In this document: piece after piece, positions 26,109 to 38,779 of the stretch
Numbering within the stretch: the first letter of the stretch is position 1
How the letters are laid out: each line of letters begins with the position of its first letter
Source: Lama glama
Lineage: Eukaryota
Assembly: GCA_028534125.1 (NCBI GenBank)
Contig: CM052816.1
Coordinates: 52,516,001-52,580,000 of the forward strand
Direction: 5' to 3'
DNA: 64,000 bases
The notes under the pieces: model-generated
Database searches by the model: none
Told to the model about the DNA's origin: nothing
Seen by the model: the letters and a program-made list of their open reading frames with translations, nothing else
Made by a program: the position numbers and the translations under genes

Positions 26109-26766
26109 TGTTGCCGGTGGATGCAACTGGTGTTCCAGGTTCTTGTCCCGCCCCAGGAAGAATTCAGAGATAAGAGGTGATGGTTAAAAAAAAGTAAAGT
26201 GAGAATTTATTAAAGGATGGATAGTACACTCTCAAGGGGAGAACGGGCAGGCTCAGGTGAGCAGCTGCCCTGTGTTTCTTTGGCAAGTTAGTTACGTAGG
26301 GTGTAAAAATGAATGGGTGGAATATTCACTGGGAAAGGAAGGGTTGGGTTCATATTCCCTGATTATTATCCCAACTCCACCTTCCCAAAGGGAGGAGGGA
26401 TTTTTGTCCTTATTTATTCTGGATCAGGAGTGTCATGGCGTCGGAGCATGATGGGTACTTCTAATCTGCAAGGCTAATGTTATTGAAATGAGGGCATAAT
26501 GAGCAAAAGGTTACATTCGGACACTGGAAATTCCTGCCTTTTCTCACCTTTCTTTGTCTGTCTCCAGGCCACTCATCACCCCAAAAGTTGTGGCCCCTTA
26601 TCAGCCCAAAGGTTCCTGCTTTTCTTTCTCTGCCCAGGGATCCATGGTGCTTATGTGATGTATGGTTTCCTGCATTTGGCTTGTGCCCCTCCTTTCTGCC
26701 CAATTCCTGCCATTTGGCCTGTGTGCCCCTTTCCCTGCTCATATCTAGCTATCTGCCTGCTCTAAA
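26109..26766 (-). mobile_element. ERV solo LTR inserted in an L1MA-like 3' end (L1 about 25840-27025)
   Basis: L1 text ccctagtac|...|tttataactgggagtttgtac is split. The insert begins tgttgcc on + and has minus-strand AATAAA at 26206-26211. Confidence 0.7.
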
Positions 26767-29700
26767 ACTTTATAACTGGGAGTTTGTACACTTGACTGCC
26801 TTCATCCAATTCTCCCTACCTCCACCCCACCCCACGAATCTGATTTGTTTTTCCTGTGAGTTCATTTGTTTGTTTTGAAGTATAATTGACCTGCAACACT
26901 CTTAGTTCCTGTTACATAACACAGTGATTTGATATTTCTATACATTTCAAACTGATCACCATGCTAAGTTTAGTTATGCTGTGTTGTTGTACACAGATAT
27001 TACAGAGTTGTTGACTGTATTCCCTGGAGGCTGCCAAGTCCAAGATCAAGGTGCCATTCTGGTTGCCTTCTGGCGAGGACCCTCTTCCTGGCTCACAGCC
27101 GGCACCTTCTTGCTGGGTCCTCATGTGGTGATAGAGGCTGGGCTCTCCCTGGAGCCCTTTCTTAGGCACTAATCGTGTTGATGAGAGCCCACTCTAATGA
27201 CACAAACACTTTCCAAGCCCTGCCTCCTGGTACTATCACCTTTGGGGGTGAGAATTTCAACATACGCATTTAGAGGCAGGGAAAGAAATATTTATTTTAT
27301 TTTATTTTATTTTCCTTTTAAATGTTCCTCTGATCCCTTTATGGCCTCTCTCACCTCTCTGAACTGCTTTTATTCTCCCAGTTTGGTCTCTCACCTTTTA
27401 GAGTGGGGCGCTAAAAAGCTAATGGAGAACTCCCTGGGCGTTCCTGCCGCATCACTCCATAATTAACAACAATCATGATGATCTTTGTTGCACTTTTTTC
27501 TCTGAATATTATTATAACACTTCCCATTGTTCGATATGCACTGTTATGTTCATGACTGTACTTCTAATTTCCCCATTGTTTTGTTGGGCATTATGTTTTT
27601 CCTTTTTTCCCTTTTTTCCCTTAGAGATGAGTTTGCTCTAAATATCTTTCCACATAGGGCTTTTATTGCCACCTAAATCATTGTCTTCGAATAGATCCTG
27701 GGATTGGAATTGTCAGGTCAAAAGCTTGTGGGCATTTTCATCACTCTTTCCTGTGTGTTGCCAAATTTCTTTCTAAAGGTAGTGGATACAGGTCCAATGT
27801 TAGCAGCAGCAAATGAGTAAAACCCTCAAGTACATGATTTTCAAGTCTTTCCTGACTGCTGTTTGTCTTAAAAGTACTTACGTAATAGGACTCATTATTG
27901 TTTAAACCTCATTATTGTTTAATTTTGTCTTTGGTTACTAGGGAGGTTGAACATTCTTTCCTAGGGAACTGGGCTAATTTACGAGAAACGTGAGGAAGAC
28001 CAATGGATATAGAAAAGCTCCTCAGAGGACTTTCAAATAGTTGCAAAAGCAAAATATTCTGTGTTGAAGTGTTGGCAGTGGTTCTTAACCTGCAGGCCAC
28101 GGGCTGGGGTGGGTTACGTCTCTGAAATTGTATGCAGAATTTTGTGTCTTTACACATGTTAGCAGGTGAGGAGGGCCCTTGGCTTTCATCACAGTTTCAC
28201 AAGGGTCTAGACCTAAAAGGCTAGGTTAATTGGTGGGAGATTTCTACCCCAAATAAGAAAAAGGCAATACAGGAAGACACTGCGGTGAGGCTTCCCTTGG
28301 TTTAAAATCTCCTTCTGCTAAATTGCCAGCTCTGTGACTTTGGGCAAATGATTAACTTCTCTGTGCTATGAAGGGGGGATGATAACAACAGCAGCTGTTT
28401 CATGGGGTCGTGGTGGTGATTACATGAGTTCATGTAGGTAAAGCACTTTTAATAGTGCCTGGCAAATAGTGAGTGTTTAACAAATGTCGATTGTTCAAAA
28501 CTGTTATAATTAGAATCTTCCAACAGTAGGGTAAAGACTGCCTCATGCGCTTAACAGGTCAAAAGCTTGGAGGAACTAGTGCGTTCCCTGTCGCTTGATG
28601 GGTCCATGACATAGATGGCGACTGTCAGGGAGACTGTTGAGAGGATTCCTGAATTGGGAGGAACTCTACGTTTCTGTGAATTAAATTTTCCCTCTGGGCA
28701 GGTGGCAAGGGTGAAACCAGCAGCCCTCCAGCAGGAGCGACAGCTGCGCTTGCTAAAATGGAAATGTACTTATGAACAGGCAGGCTGTTTCGAGAGTGTG
28801 TTCCTGGCACAGGCTCCTGAGGATGTAGAAGAATAGTTGGAAAAAAACAAGTGCCATTTCTCCACCATTAGAGAAGAGAGACTCAGCCCTGGTGCCCAGG
28901 AAGATGATGTAGTAGCGACTGGGGGCGGGTGCCGTGGAGCAGGGGCTGCCTGCTTCTAATTACTTCTCTGATGAACAGATACTTAATGAGCATTCACCAA
29001 GGTCTGTGAGCTGGGTGTGATGGTGGAATGTGGGTGGGGTTAAAAAGATGAATAATAATAATGAAAAAATAAGGTGCTATGGTACAAACTTCTGGAGCTC
29101 AGGGTACAAAAACATTTATTGAGCCCTGGGCTATGAGTATTCATAGCCCAGACTCCGTAACTCTGGACTTGTATTCAAATTTAATAAGAGAATATTTATT
29201 CCATAAGAAAAAAAGAAGATGAATGAGATCCAGTACCACCATTCCTTCATCATTCTAGTTTCCATTTTAATTACTGGACCTCTGGGCTATTCATGGAGGG
29301 GCCGTGAAGCCCAGCTAAGAGGCTGAGGCGTATGGATGTCTTTGGGATGAGTGGTGCAGAGAGAAGTTGGACATTTCTGCATAAGTATGTATGTGGGTTT
29401 TCATGAGCACAGGGTATCCATTCAAGCTTCAGATTCCCTAACTCTGGGTCAAGTGAAATCTGGGTGGGCTGGTTTGGAGGGAGGTCTGCTTCTGGTTGGT
29501 TTATCCAGAAGCAGACACTGAGTTAAGGATTTAGTCCAACTTGTTGACTTGGGAGGTGAAGGAACTCCAGGCAGGGGAGTGGAGAGTGAGGCAGGGATGG
29601 AAAGGTGATTACCACTGAGGCAACTGGAGCTTCATCTTGCTAGGGGTGACACAACACATGCCTCCAGGGCGTGCCCCCTCAAGGTGAGGGGCTGGCTGGA

Positions 29701-29990
29701 GTCTGTTCCTGGGGGCTCTTAATCCCCCTGCACATCTAGCCTGCTACATAAATAGAAAAAGTGGTCTCAGCCCCAGAGGACGCTCTGAAACAAAGAGCTG
29801 CAGGTGCTGGCAGTCTGACTTCAGTGAGTGAGGAATGTTAAGGCAGATGGACGCCAAAAGCATCAGCCACAGTTTTTTTCAGTAGGAGTAAAAAGTTCCC
29901 TTGATGTCAGCAAGGCCAAGTGTGCTTTGGGAAGCAAGATGGATCCCAGTGAGCTTTTTGTCAAGCCTGAGGTTGACCAGGGCCTCTGTA

Positions 29991-30189
29991 CCTTTGACCC
30001 TTGAACAGCACAGGGATTAGGGGTGCTCACCCTCTCTCACAGCGGAAAATCCAGAGTAACATTATAGTTGGCCCTGCATATTGTGTGGTTCTTCATCTGT
30101 GGATTCAACCAACCGCAGATCATGTAGTACTGTGGGACATATTTATTGAAAACATCCGCATACAAGTGGACCTGCACAGTTTAATCCTG
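29991..30189. mobile_element. Tigger2/MER8-type MITE, right end disrupted by the vic-1 SINE
   Basis: ttgacccttgaacagcacagggattaggggtgct...atccgcatacaagtggacctgcacagtt. Confidence 0.7.
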
Positions 30190-30362
30190 TTTTTTTCTTT
30201 TAAAAATATTTTATTTATTTATATTTTTATTGTATTATTTTATTTTTTTGGCAGGGGGGAGGGCAATTAGGTTTATTTATTTCTTTTAATGGAGGTACTG
30301 GAGATTGAACCCAGGACCTTGTGCATGCTAAGCATGTGCTCTACCACTTGAGCTATATCCTC
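30190..30362 (-). mobile_element. tRNA-Ala-derived SINE (vic-1 type)
   Basis: Same A/B-box head and tail as the copy at 1416. Confidence 0.85.
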
Positions 30363-31459
30363 TGGTATAGATTGCTGGGTCTTCTCCATCAAAACAGGAA
30401 GTGGGGATGGCATCCAGGAGACCGCTGGAATTTTGTCACATACTTTCTACGAGCACTTCCTGTTTGAGTGCTTTCAGACTTCCCATTGGCCTGGCCTGGC
30501 CTAACTGGGGCAGTTCTCAGCAGGAGAAGGAGAAGCCTGATCCTGCAGGTCCCCAAACCTGAGATCTTGTCCAGGCTCTGCCCCTAACAGACAAATCCCA
30601 GGGGTGACTGGACCTCAGCTTCTCCAATTGTAAAATGAGGAGGTTGAAAAGGGTGGTCTCTAATGATCATTCAGGTATAAAATCTGGTGATCCTATGGTT
30701 TTGGATACATAACTTCATAAACACTTGCTCATCCTGAATATCTTCTGTATTAGGGAGAATTAAATTCAACTGGAAGTAACAGAAAAGCCCCAAATAAACT
30801 GATGAAATTGTCTCTTATTTTCAAAAAGTCCAGACGTAGAAGTTTTAGGGCCAGTGTGCTGTCGGTTTCTCTGCTGTGACTCTTCCATTCCCAGAGTTTT
30901 CTCCTCAGTTGAGGATGGCCTCTGGAGCTCTGGCTGTTACATCCACATTCCAGACTAGGAGAGAGAATAAAGAGGAAATATCAACTGTCTTTAAAAGAAG
31001 GTTCCCAGGGCTACCATGATTTTTTTGCTTTTGCTTCCATGCCATTTGCCAGAACTTAGTCATATGACCACACCCAACTATAAGGAAATCTGGGAGATGT
31101 AGTTTTATTCCGGGCATCTATGTTCCAGATAAAATTGTGGGCTCTATGCCTGTGAAAGTAGGATAGAGCAGACATCGGGAGTCTTAGCCTCGACCTTAAG
31201 TTTCTCCAGGTACAGGACTAGCCAAATAAACCACCCATTTAGTCTCTGCCCCTCGCCCCATGTGTCCAATCTCAGTGGGCTCCACTTTGAGTTGGCTTCT
31301 CTGGCTCTACAGGCAATTTGTGGTTATTAGCCTCAGCTTTTACTGTTGGGGCCCTCTTTCCTGTTATTTCCTCACTAATGATGCAAAAATAGCACTTCCT
31401 TTAGTATTTGTATTTTACGAGCTCCATGGCCTCACTCAGCTGCTGGTGAGAGGTGCCTG

Positions 31460-32147
31460 ATGTTGCAGAGGTGCCCAAGACCACACCCCATTTAGTGACC
31501 TGCTGGGGGACTCACAGGACTCAGCATACAGTTGAGCTACAGTGGTGATTTATTACAGCCACAGATACAAAGCAGAATCAGCAAAGGAAAAATTTGCATG
31601 GGGCAAAATCTTGGGGAAACCGGCATAAGCTTCCAAGATTCCTCCCCGTGAATTGTCACCCAGGCTGTGTTTAATTCCCTCCGCAAGGACTTGCCACAAC
31701 ACATGTGGAATGTCCACCAGGGAAGCTCATTAGAGGTTCAGCATTCAGGTTTTTACTGGGGGCTGGGCCTGTAAGCACTCTGCCTAGCATGTACCAAAGT
31801 TCCAGACGCCCAGAAGAAAAGCAGCTGTTCAGTATAAGCCACATTTTACAATATGTGCCACATTTATCAGTTCCGAGAATGGAGGCAGCCTTCCCCAAAC
31901 CCAGGCTCTCAGGTGCCAGCCACTGGCCAACTTGGTAAACAGGCTTTTTTTTTAAGGTATAATTTAATATTAAGAGATACCTAAAAATATAATTCACCAT
32001 ATAAACAGAATAAAACAATAAACAAATAGTCCTTGTAGTAGATGCAGACAAAACAATTTTATCATTCAGCATAGATAGTCATCAAAACTACAAGCAGGCT
32101 TTTAGGACAGTAATCTCAGGCCTGCTCTGTTAACTCTTTTCTGCACA
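31460..32147 (-). mobile_element. MER21-like LTR containing an internal retroposed insertion (31949-32090)
   Basis: cccaagaccac...ggactcacaggactcagcata...; ends gttaactcttttctgcaca. Confidence 0.7.
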
Positions 32148-35100
32148 ATTGAGGAATATTTTCTATAACTATATAATCATTTCAGGTTATGGACCCAATG
32201 ACACTGGATTTAGTTCTTGCCTCTGCCATTTATAAAGTAGGTATCCTTTGGCAAGTCCTTGTGCCATTCTGTGCCTCGGTTTCCTCAGTTACAGAAAGAG
32301 AATCCTCCCTCGCGTCCCCCTCCTCCCCCTCTCCCCACCCCCCTTGCAGGGTTGTTGTCAGGATCAGAGGTAATGTGTATAAGGAGTCTGGGATGCTCTC
32401 AAATCAACCTTTTACTGTTATTGTTAAGTCTTTTTCCTCCCTGTCTTTGTTGGTGGTATGTTGTTTTGGTCCGATGCCTGGGACAGAAGGCTGTGTGGTG
32501 GGAGCTTAAAGTCGGGTAGGAGTGTACTGGGGTCTTCTCTTTGTCCTGGGGCAAAAGTGGGCCCTATTCCTCACCTGCCACCAGCAGTGTGTATCTGGAA
32601 GGACTGGCACGAGCATTCTGTTCTGCATCAGCGGACCCCCTGGCACAGCAGCTCTGGCCGAGTTTGAGCAATCAGTCATGGAGATTATTTCCTGGGCCCT
32701 CCTGTGGGGTTTTGTGGGGCTGTGCCCCTCTACCCCAGGCCCAGCTCCTGCGGGCCGCCGGCCCTCGCTGCACCCCGCCCTCCTTGGGAATGGTGACTGT
32801 TCTTTCCTCTTGTTCAGCCAACGGTGGTGGCAGGGAAGAACAGCTCCCCTCTTTTGGAGACGGGGCAGGGAACATAGGGAGGGATACTGTATCTCTTGAT
32901 TTCCCCAAACCTGCTCCCACCTTCTTAAATAGCCCCTTTGTTAAACTCTTCTCAGTTGTGAATTTGGGCGCCTTCTGTTTCTTGCGGGGCCCTGGTGGGG
33001 CAAGTTGCTAGGACACCTGGATTAGAGTCCAGGCTGTGTTGTTCACTGGCTGTGGGACTGTTGACAAGTTCCCTAACAGGTTGTCAGCCTGAGGGGTGGA
33101 GTCTGACCCTTCCCTACTCCCGCAGGCCTCTCAGAGTGCCTCGGACGTGGCAAGTCCAGGGTCTCAGGCTGTCACCTGTAGGGCCGGGCAGGAGCCTACT
33201 GAGTAAGAGAGGGCTGAGCAGCACCTGGGGCGCATGGAGGACGTGGCCATCTCTGAGGTTCCTGTGCAGGAATGCAGATGGTGCGGCCAGAGCTTTTGAC
33301 TTTCTTTTTTTAAGCCACACTGTAAATCCAGATTTTTATGTGAGCTTTTCCAAGTTTTAAATGTTTATTCAAGTTAACAAAACACCAAGCAAAAAATCCA
33401 ACAACAATGACAATACTGTGCAAGCCCAGTTTTGACTCAATCAACTTCTGTCAAGCCCTTGTTGTGGCCTGGGACATACTGCCCTCTGCTCCCTGGAAAA
33501 TCATTCTTCCTGGTGGGACCTTTAGGACAAGGCTCTTTTGGACCCAGCTAGGAAGTCTCAGGGTTAAGTGAGTAGGGGGTTCTTCCAATAGACCAATGCT
33601 TTATAAATAGAGTCCAAGGGCAAGGGAATCTGGAGATTAGCTTTAAGGTTCATCCAATTCTAAACTAAATTTCACTTTTGCAATTATGATCAGTATTCAA
33701 ATAAAAATGGCTTTCACGCATACAGAGGACTGGATTGAAGCCAGCTGGATTTGTGTACTTTTTTGTATCCCTGACAGTGCTTAGCACAGTGCCTGATACA
33801 TGGTAATTGCTCATCGGGTGTTTGATGAATGAATGAGCGAGTGAATGATGAATGAATAATGAACAGACGGATGAATGGCTCTTTGCTTGGCTCACGGAGA
33901 AGACTATCATGTGAATTTAGGTTGAGGGATGTAGAAAAAAGTCTTTTCTAGGCATTTCCTGAAAAAAAAAAAAACCCAAAGAAAATGAGGCCTCAGTATT
34001 CATTCAGAGCCTAATTTGCAATAATTCAAATTTAGGTTGTTCGAAATATGGTGCTTGTTTTTTGTTTAGTTGTGTGTTTTGGTAAATAAGAATTCTTAAG
34101 CACTGAACTATTAGTAGCATAGTTCTAGGAGTATAATAAATTTTTAATAAGTTGTAGTAGTTATAATTTTCCTTTTAATGAACTTTGGGAGTCTTTTAAT
34201 TAAAGAGCAGCTTGTTCAGAATAGGGGTATTTTTAGAGGATTGCTGCCCCCTGATGGATTCTATGGAGAAAGACAGAAATTTGAAGCTAACTGCTATTAG
34301 GCTTGATGTGGTGAGTTTTTCCAGTTCAGCCCTTCTTGGAGGGCCCCCAGTAGGGTGTGGAGATGAGTAGTGCACAGTCCTCATATTCTAGGAGCTCACA
34401 GAACCCACAGGGCTGGAAGGGACTTACGAGACGTTCGTTCTTAAACCCTGATCCTCAGAATTCTGGTGGGAGAGGGGTGGGAATGGGATGGACTTGGGAA
34501 GATAACTCATTAAAAATAAACTAATGAAGAACATTTTCCATGAAAACTTTCCTTCTGTAAGTTTTCCTTAGACATTAGATGTCTGCTACTGTTTATTCTT
34601 GCAGCTGCTATAAAACAAGCAATTAATGAAAAACGATTTAGACAAAAACCCGAAACGTGGCAACAGATGTGCACACTCAGTTGGACATGTCTTTTTTTGT
34701 GGGCACATGTGCTCCCAGCAGTGATTCCTGTCGTGCTTTATAGTGTATAAATCTGATAGTACTCAGCAAGTTAAACTTTGTGGAGGGGAAACTGTGTGTG
34801 CTAGTTCACAGCTTGGATAAAAGATTGAAATGAATCCCTTTTTCAGAGTACTTTGAGCTGGTGCTGTGACTTCCAAGGGCGACCCTCCAGGGCAGGGTTG
34901 GGACCAGGCTCCACCACCCAGCCATCCATCTGGAGCACTCTGCTCAGCAGGCTATTAGTGGAATTTCTAGCATGAAGGATGTAGCCTGGTCTGAACACAG
35001 GCATCTTTTAATTTTAAGAACCAGTTGAAACTGTAGGAGCTGACTAATCCAAGTCCAATCTGTAGTGGCTCAAGAAACTGAGTTGAGGCCCAGCCTTGGT

Positions 35101-36949
35101 GGTGTGAGTTGGGAGTTAAAATCAAGGCTGTTTGTTTTGTTTCTATTTCAGTTGCTCCTATTTATATTGTTTAATCATCCATACTTCTCTTAGCCAATAT
35201 TCTGCAGAATGCATTTAAATTGCTCATTGGCTTGCTTGACGCTTCCATAACTTCTATTCCTTTCCTTCTTGTAGAAACAACAAACATGCAGGAGTTTTAG
35301 GTTAGAATGGTATCTGCACTTTGCAGACTCCCCATTTCTGCACATGGGTCTGGGGCTGCCTGCTTCTGCCTCTGGTGAATGGAGTGGGATGGACAGTGTC
35401 ACCAGAAACACCTTCTGGAGTTGGGACTGCAGGTCCTGGAGGTGGTCCTGCTCTCCCTGTGACCCAGTGCTCTCCTCTGAGTGTAGATCCCTCTGGCCCT
35501 GCCCCTCATGTCTTTCCTTCCTTCCTTGACTTTTCTTCTGTCTGCTCCCCTTTGTTGGGGCTGAGCAGATGCCCCTGCTCTCACCCTGTCCCCCTGCCCT
35601 CTCACTCGGCGACCTCCACTGTCAGTTCTGACTGGGGCTCCTTTCTCACCTCCATCCCCTCCATTCAGGGCCCCGGGGGTTATATGGCTTCAGAACAGGA
35701 GGTTGGTAGCCTTATCTTTGGTGGTCACCCTCTGTTTCTCTTCAGCCACTGGTGGCGATCTGGTCCTCCACCACGTGGGGGCGCTATTTTCAGGGTGGCT
35801 GCAGTGATGCTCCTTATGGGACTCTGCGCCAGCGTAGGCTCGGCTACCCAGAGCCCGCCCCTCTGCCCCTCTGAACACAGTCACCAACGGGTGCCCCTCC
35901 ACCTTCTCGTGCTGTGTGGGCGTGGGGCAGACGCAGCCACTCTGGACCCACCAACCCTCAGGAATCCCCTTCTCTCTTCCTCTGCACCCCTCCTCCAGCT
36001 TCCTATCCCCCGCCAGCCGCCAGCAACTCAAGGTTCATTCCTTGACTAAGTCAGACTTTTCCAGTGTCCCTGGTGGCTATTTGTTTTCTTCAGGTAGCCC
36101 CAGAAACCCAAAGATGAACCTACACTAGGGGTCGCCAGCAGACGAGGTCATGCAGAACAGGGCGGGGGAGCTCCCCGAGACGCCGGCCGCCCCCTGCTCG
36201 TGCGCCCCTCTCCTGCAGTCCTTCTCACCTCAGAGGGGTTGTCAGGGCTGGCCTGCACCTGAGCTCTTAGAGGAAGTTTGGGGTTTGGGGGAGCAAGTAA
36301 AGGAAGACAGGAAACAGACAAGATTTCTTGGTCAGAAGAAGGGGGCTGGGGGGAGGATGAGGGAGCGGGAAGAGGGGAGGGGCGGCAGGGCTTCCTGCGG
36401 CCCCACAGGTGGGCGCCTGGAAGGAGGCGGCTGCCCAGTTCAAACAGATCTGGGGCCCCCCTTCGTGGTCTTGTAGCCTCGGGGAGTGGGGGTGGGTGCT
36501 GAGCACGGTCAGGTCAGGAGGGGTTTGTGCGGACAGATGCCCCACCCCCCGCACTTTGGGCCTGAGTCGGTCCTGAGAGATGAGTGGAAACCGCCGGAAA
36601 GACTGAAGCGATGTTTCTTCTGAGTTTGGCAGAAAGAGCTCTCAGAGTACAAGCGCACCGAAATGTGGGAATTAAAGCTGTTTTCCTCACAAACCTGAGT
36701 TCAGCCTGTGAGTCATGACTACTCACACTGAGGAGGTGGGTGACGTGTTCTTTCTTGATAAATTAAGGAAGAGGCCGCAGTTACTTCTCAGTCAGGTGTC
36801 GGGTCAGAGGAGGGGCGCTCTCATTCGTGCATCCCCTGCGCCCCTGAAGCAGACATGCTTAGTCATCCCTATAAGGTTTGAGAGAGGGGTGCTCCAGGCC
36901 ACATCCCCACACGGGGTCCCAAGTTGGGGCTAGTGCATCCCCCTCCATC

Positions 36950-37098
36950 CAGTGACAGTCCCCTCCGTCCGATGACAGTCTCCTCCGTAGCGTGACAGTA
37001 CCCCCATCCGATGACAGTCCCCTCTGTACATTGACAGTCCTCTCCATACACTGACAGTCCCATCCTGTGACAGTCCTTTCTGTCTGGTGACAGTCCCC
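36950..37098 (+). repeat. Minisatellite of about 20 bp, 8 units, invariant TGACAGT core
   Basis: TGACAG starts at 36953, 36973, 36993, 37012, 37032, 37052, 37068 and 37088. Confidence 0.9.
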
Positions 37099-38779
37099 AT
37101 TGTAGAAGTGGGCTGTGCCCTAGAAAAATTGTCAGCCACTTATTTGTAATTGAGGATGCATTTCCCCAGACTCCTCCAAAATAAAAAAAATCCTGTTAGT
37201 GTTGTCACTGGGCTGTTTTTTGTTGGTTTTGTTTTTTACCTATGAGGGCAGCTTTTGTACACAGAAAACACAATTTATGGCTATCTTGGATTCTTGCACC
37301 AAAAAAAATCTGGTCTAGAGGTGAAGAAACTTGAGAATTGGGTCATACATGAACTAGGGGAGTGGGATATGAGGCACCCTGTTTGGAGGGTGTACACTTG
37401 GGGTCCCTAATAACACTGGGACTGTAGGTGGGCTCAACCCTCCCTCCTGAGTCAGGAGAAAAATCCCTTTCCATGTCCGCAGCTCCAGATCTTACATCCT
37501 TGCCCAAATCTTTGGCTAATAAACAAGCTTAGTCCACTGGGTTCACCCCAAATGTCTTGAAACAGTGTAGTTTCCTTAGTGGGTAAGCGTCTTTTATTCC
37601 TGAGAAAACTTCAAATTAAGTATAGAGATGCTGAACCCATTGTCCTAATATTTCTGTGTGGTGTTTCGGAATTATCTTTGACTATGTGATATTTAAAGTA
37701 TTTGATATATTTTAGAGAATTTGGCATTTTAGAGAATGGAATTAACTTGTGATTTGAATGACAAATGTAAAGTTGAGTGATTTTAGACTTGTAATTTTAA
37801 GTTAAAAGGTATGGGAATCTTTGGTTGAATATATAAATAACAGTGAAGTGGTTAAGATAACTTATAATCCACAATATTTGTAAGTTTGTTACATTTATAA
37901 GAGTTACTGAAGTATGTAGGCAGGTTTTTCAGTGAGATGAGAAAAATTTATATGTGGAACTTAAACATACTCAATTTATAATACATTACAAATTAATGTA
38001 GTATTTTATTATGTTACAGATTAATGTATTAAATTTATAAATTCAATTTTAAATGCTTAAGTAAATTTAATTAAGTTTGCCAATGAGATTAGATAATCAA
38101 AAGCTTAGACGTGGTTATAAATTGTGCTGTAGAGTAATATTTCTAGAGTATAGTAGGGTAATAAGATTTTTAAGTTGAACTTATAAACTTAAGATTTTGC
38201 AGTTTGTATCTTTAATTCATTCTGAGTTACAGGAGTAATAACCTGGGAGGGGAGTGGGAAGAGCTTCATGTTCCCTTTTTGAGGAGGTGAAATGAGTCTG
38301 ACCTCCCTTTCTGCACCTGCTCCTGTGCCCCAGGGCTGTCTCCTGATGCTCTCAGAGCCCTCCTCCTGCGCCAAGAGCTCTCCGCTCATCCTGTGGGATT
38401 CTACTCAGGCACTGTCTTTTTCCCACAGTGACATGCCTCTTCTCTTTCCCGCTCACACCTCTGATGCCCTCAAGACCCTTGATCTCAGTGCGAAGTAAGG
38501 AGGTGAGTAGGAAGTGGGATAAATTTATCCTAGTTGGTGAGTGAGTGATATTTGTTCAGACTCCTAAAGGTGTTAATAAAATTCAAGTAAGGACTCTACT
38601 AACCTGAATGAAACTCTAATAGGAATTCAAGTCACTGTGCTAAAGTTGAGTATAAACATTCAAAAATCCCACGTTGCAACTTGGGGAAGAGGGTACCATT
38701 CCCACAGTGTACATCTAGCACTTGGCCAGCCTCTCTCAAGGGCTTCCTGATTTTCACAACTTTCCCTACTTCTCCAGTT

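Noticed and set aside
9587..26766. An intact provirus or a new multi-gene system between the two genes
   Set aside because: The LTRs belong to different families, several have their own TSDs, and I saw no internal retroviral coding sequence or spliceable coding exons.
35321..36049. 242-aa ORF, the longest in the track
   Set aside because: It starts at a non-ATG codon, is Pro/Ser/Leu-rich, has no recognisable domain, and is expected by chance in GC-rich DNA.
36950..37098. CRISPR-like repeat-spacer array
   Set aside because: The constant part is only 7-9 bp, the spacers are related to one another, there are no cas genes, and the DNA is mammalian. It is a minisatellite.
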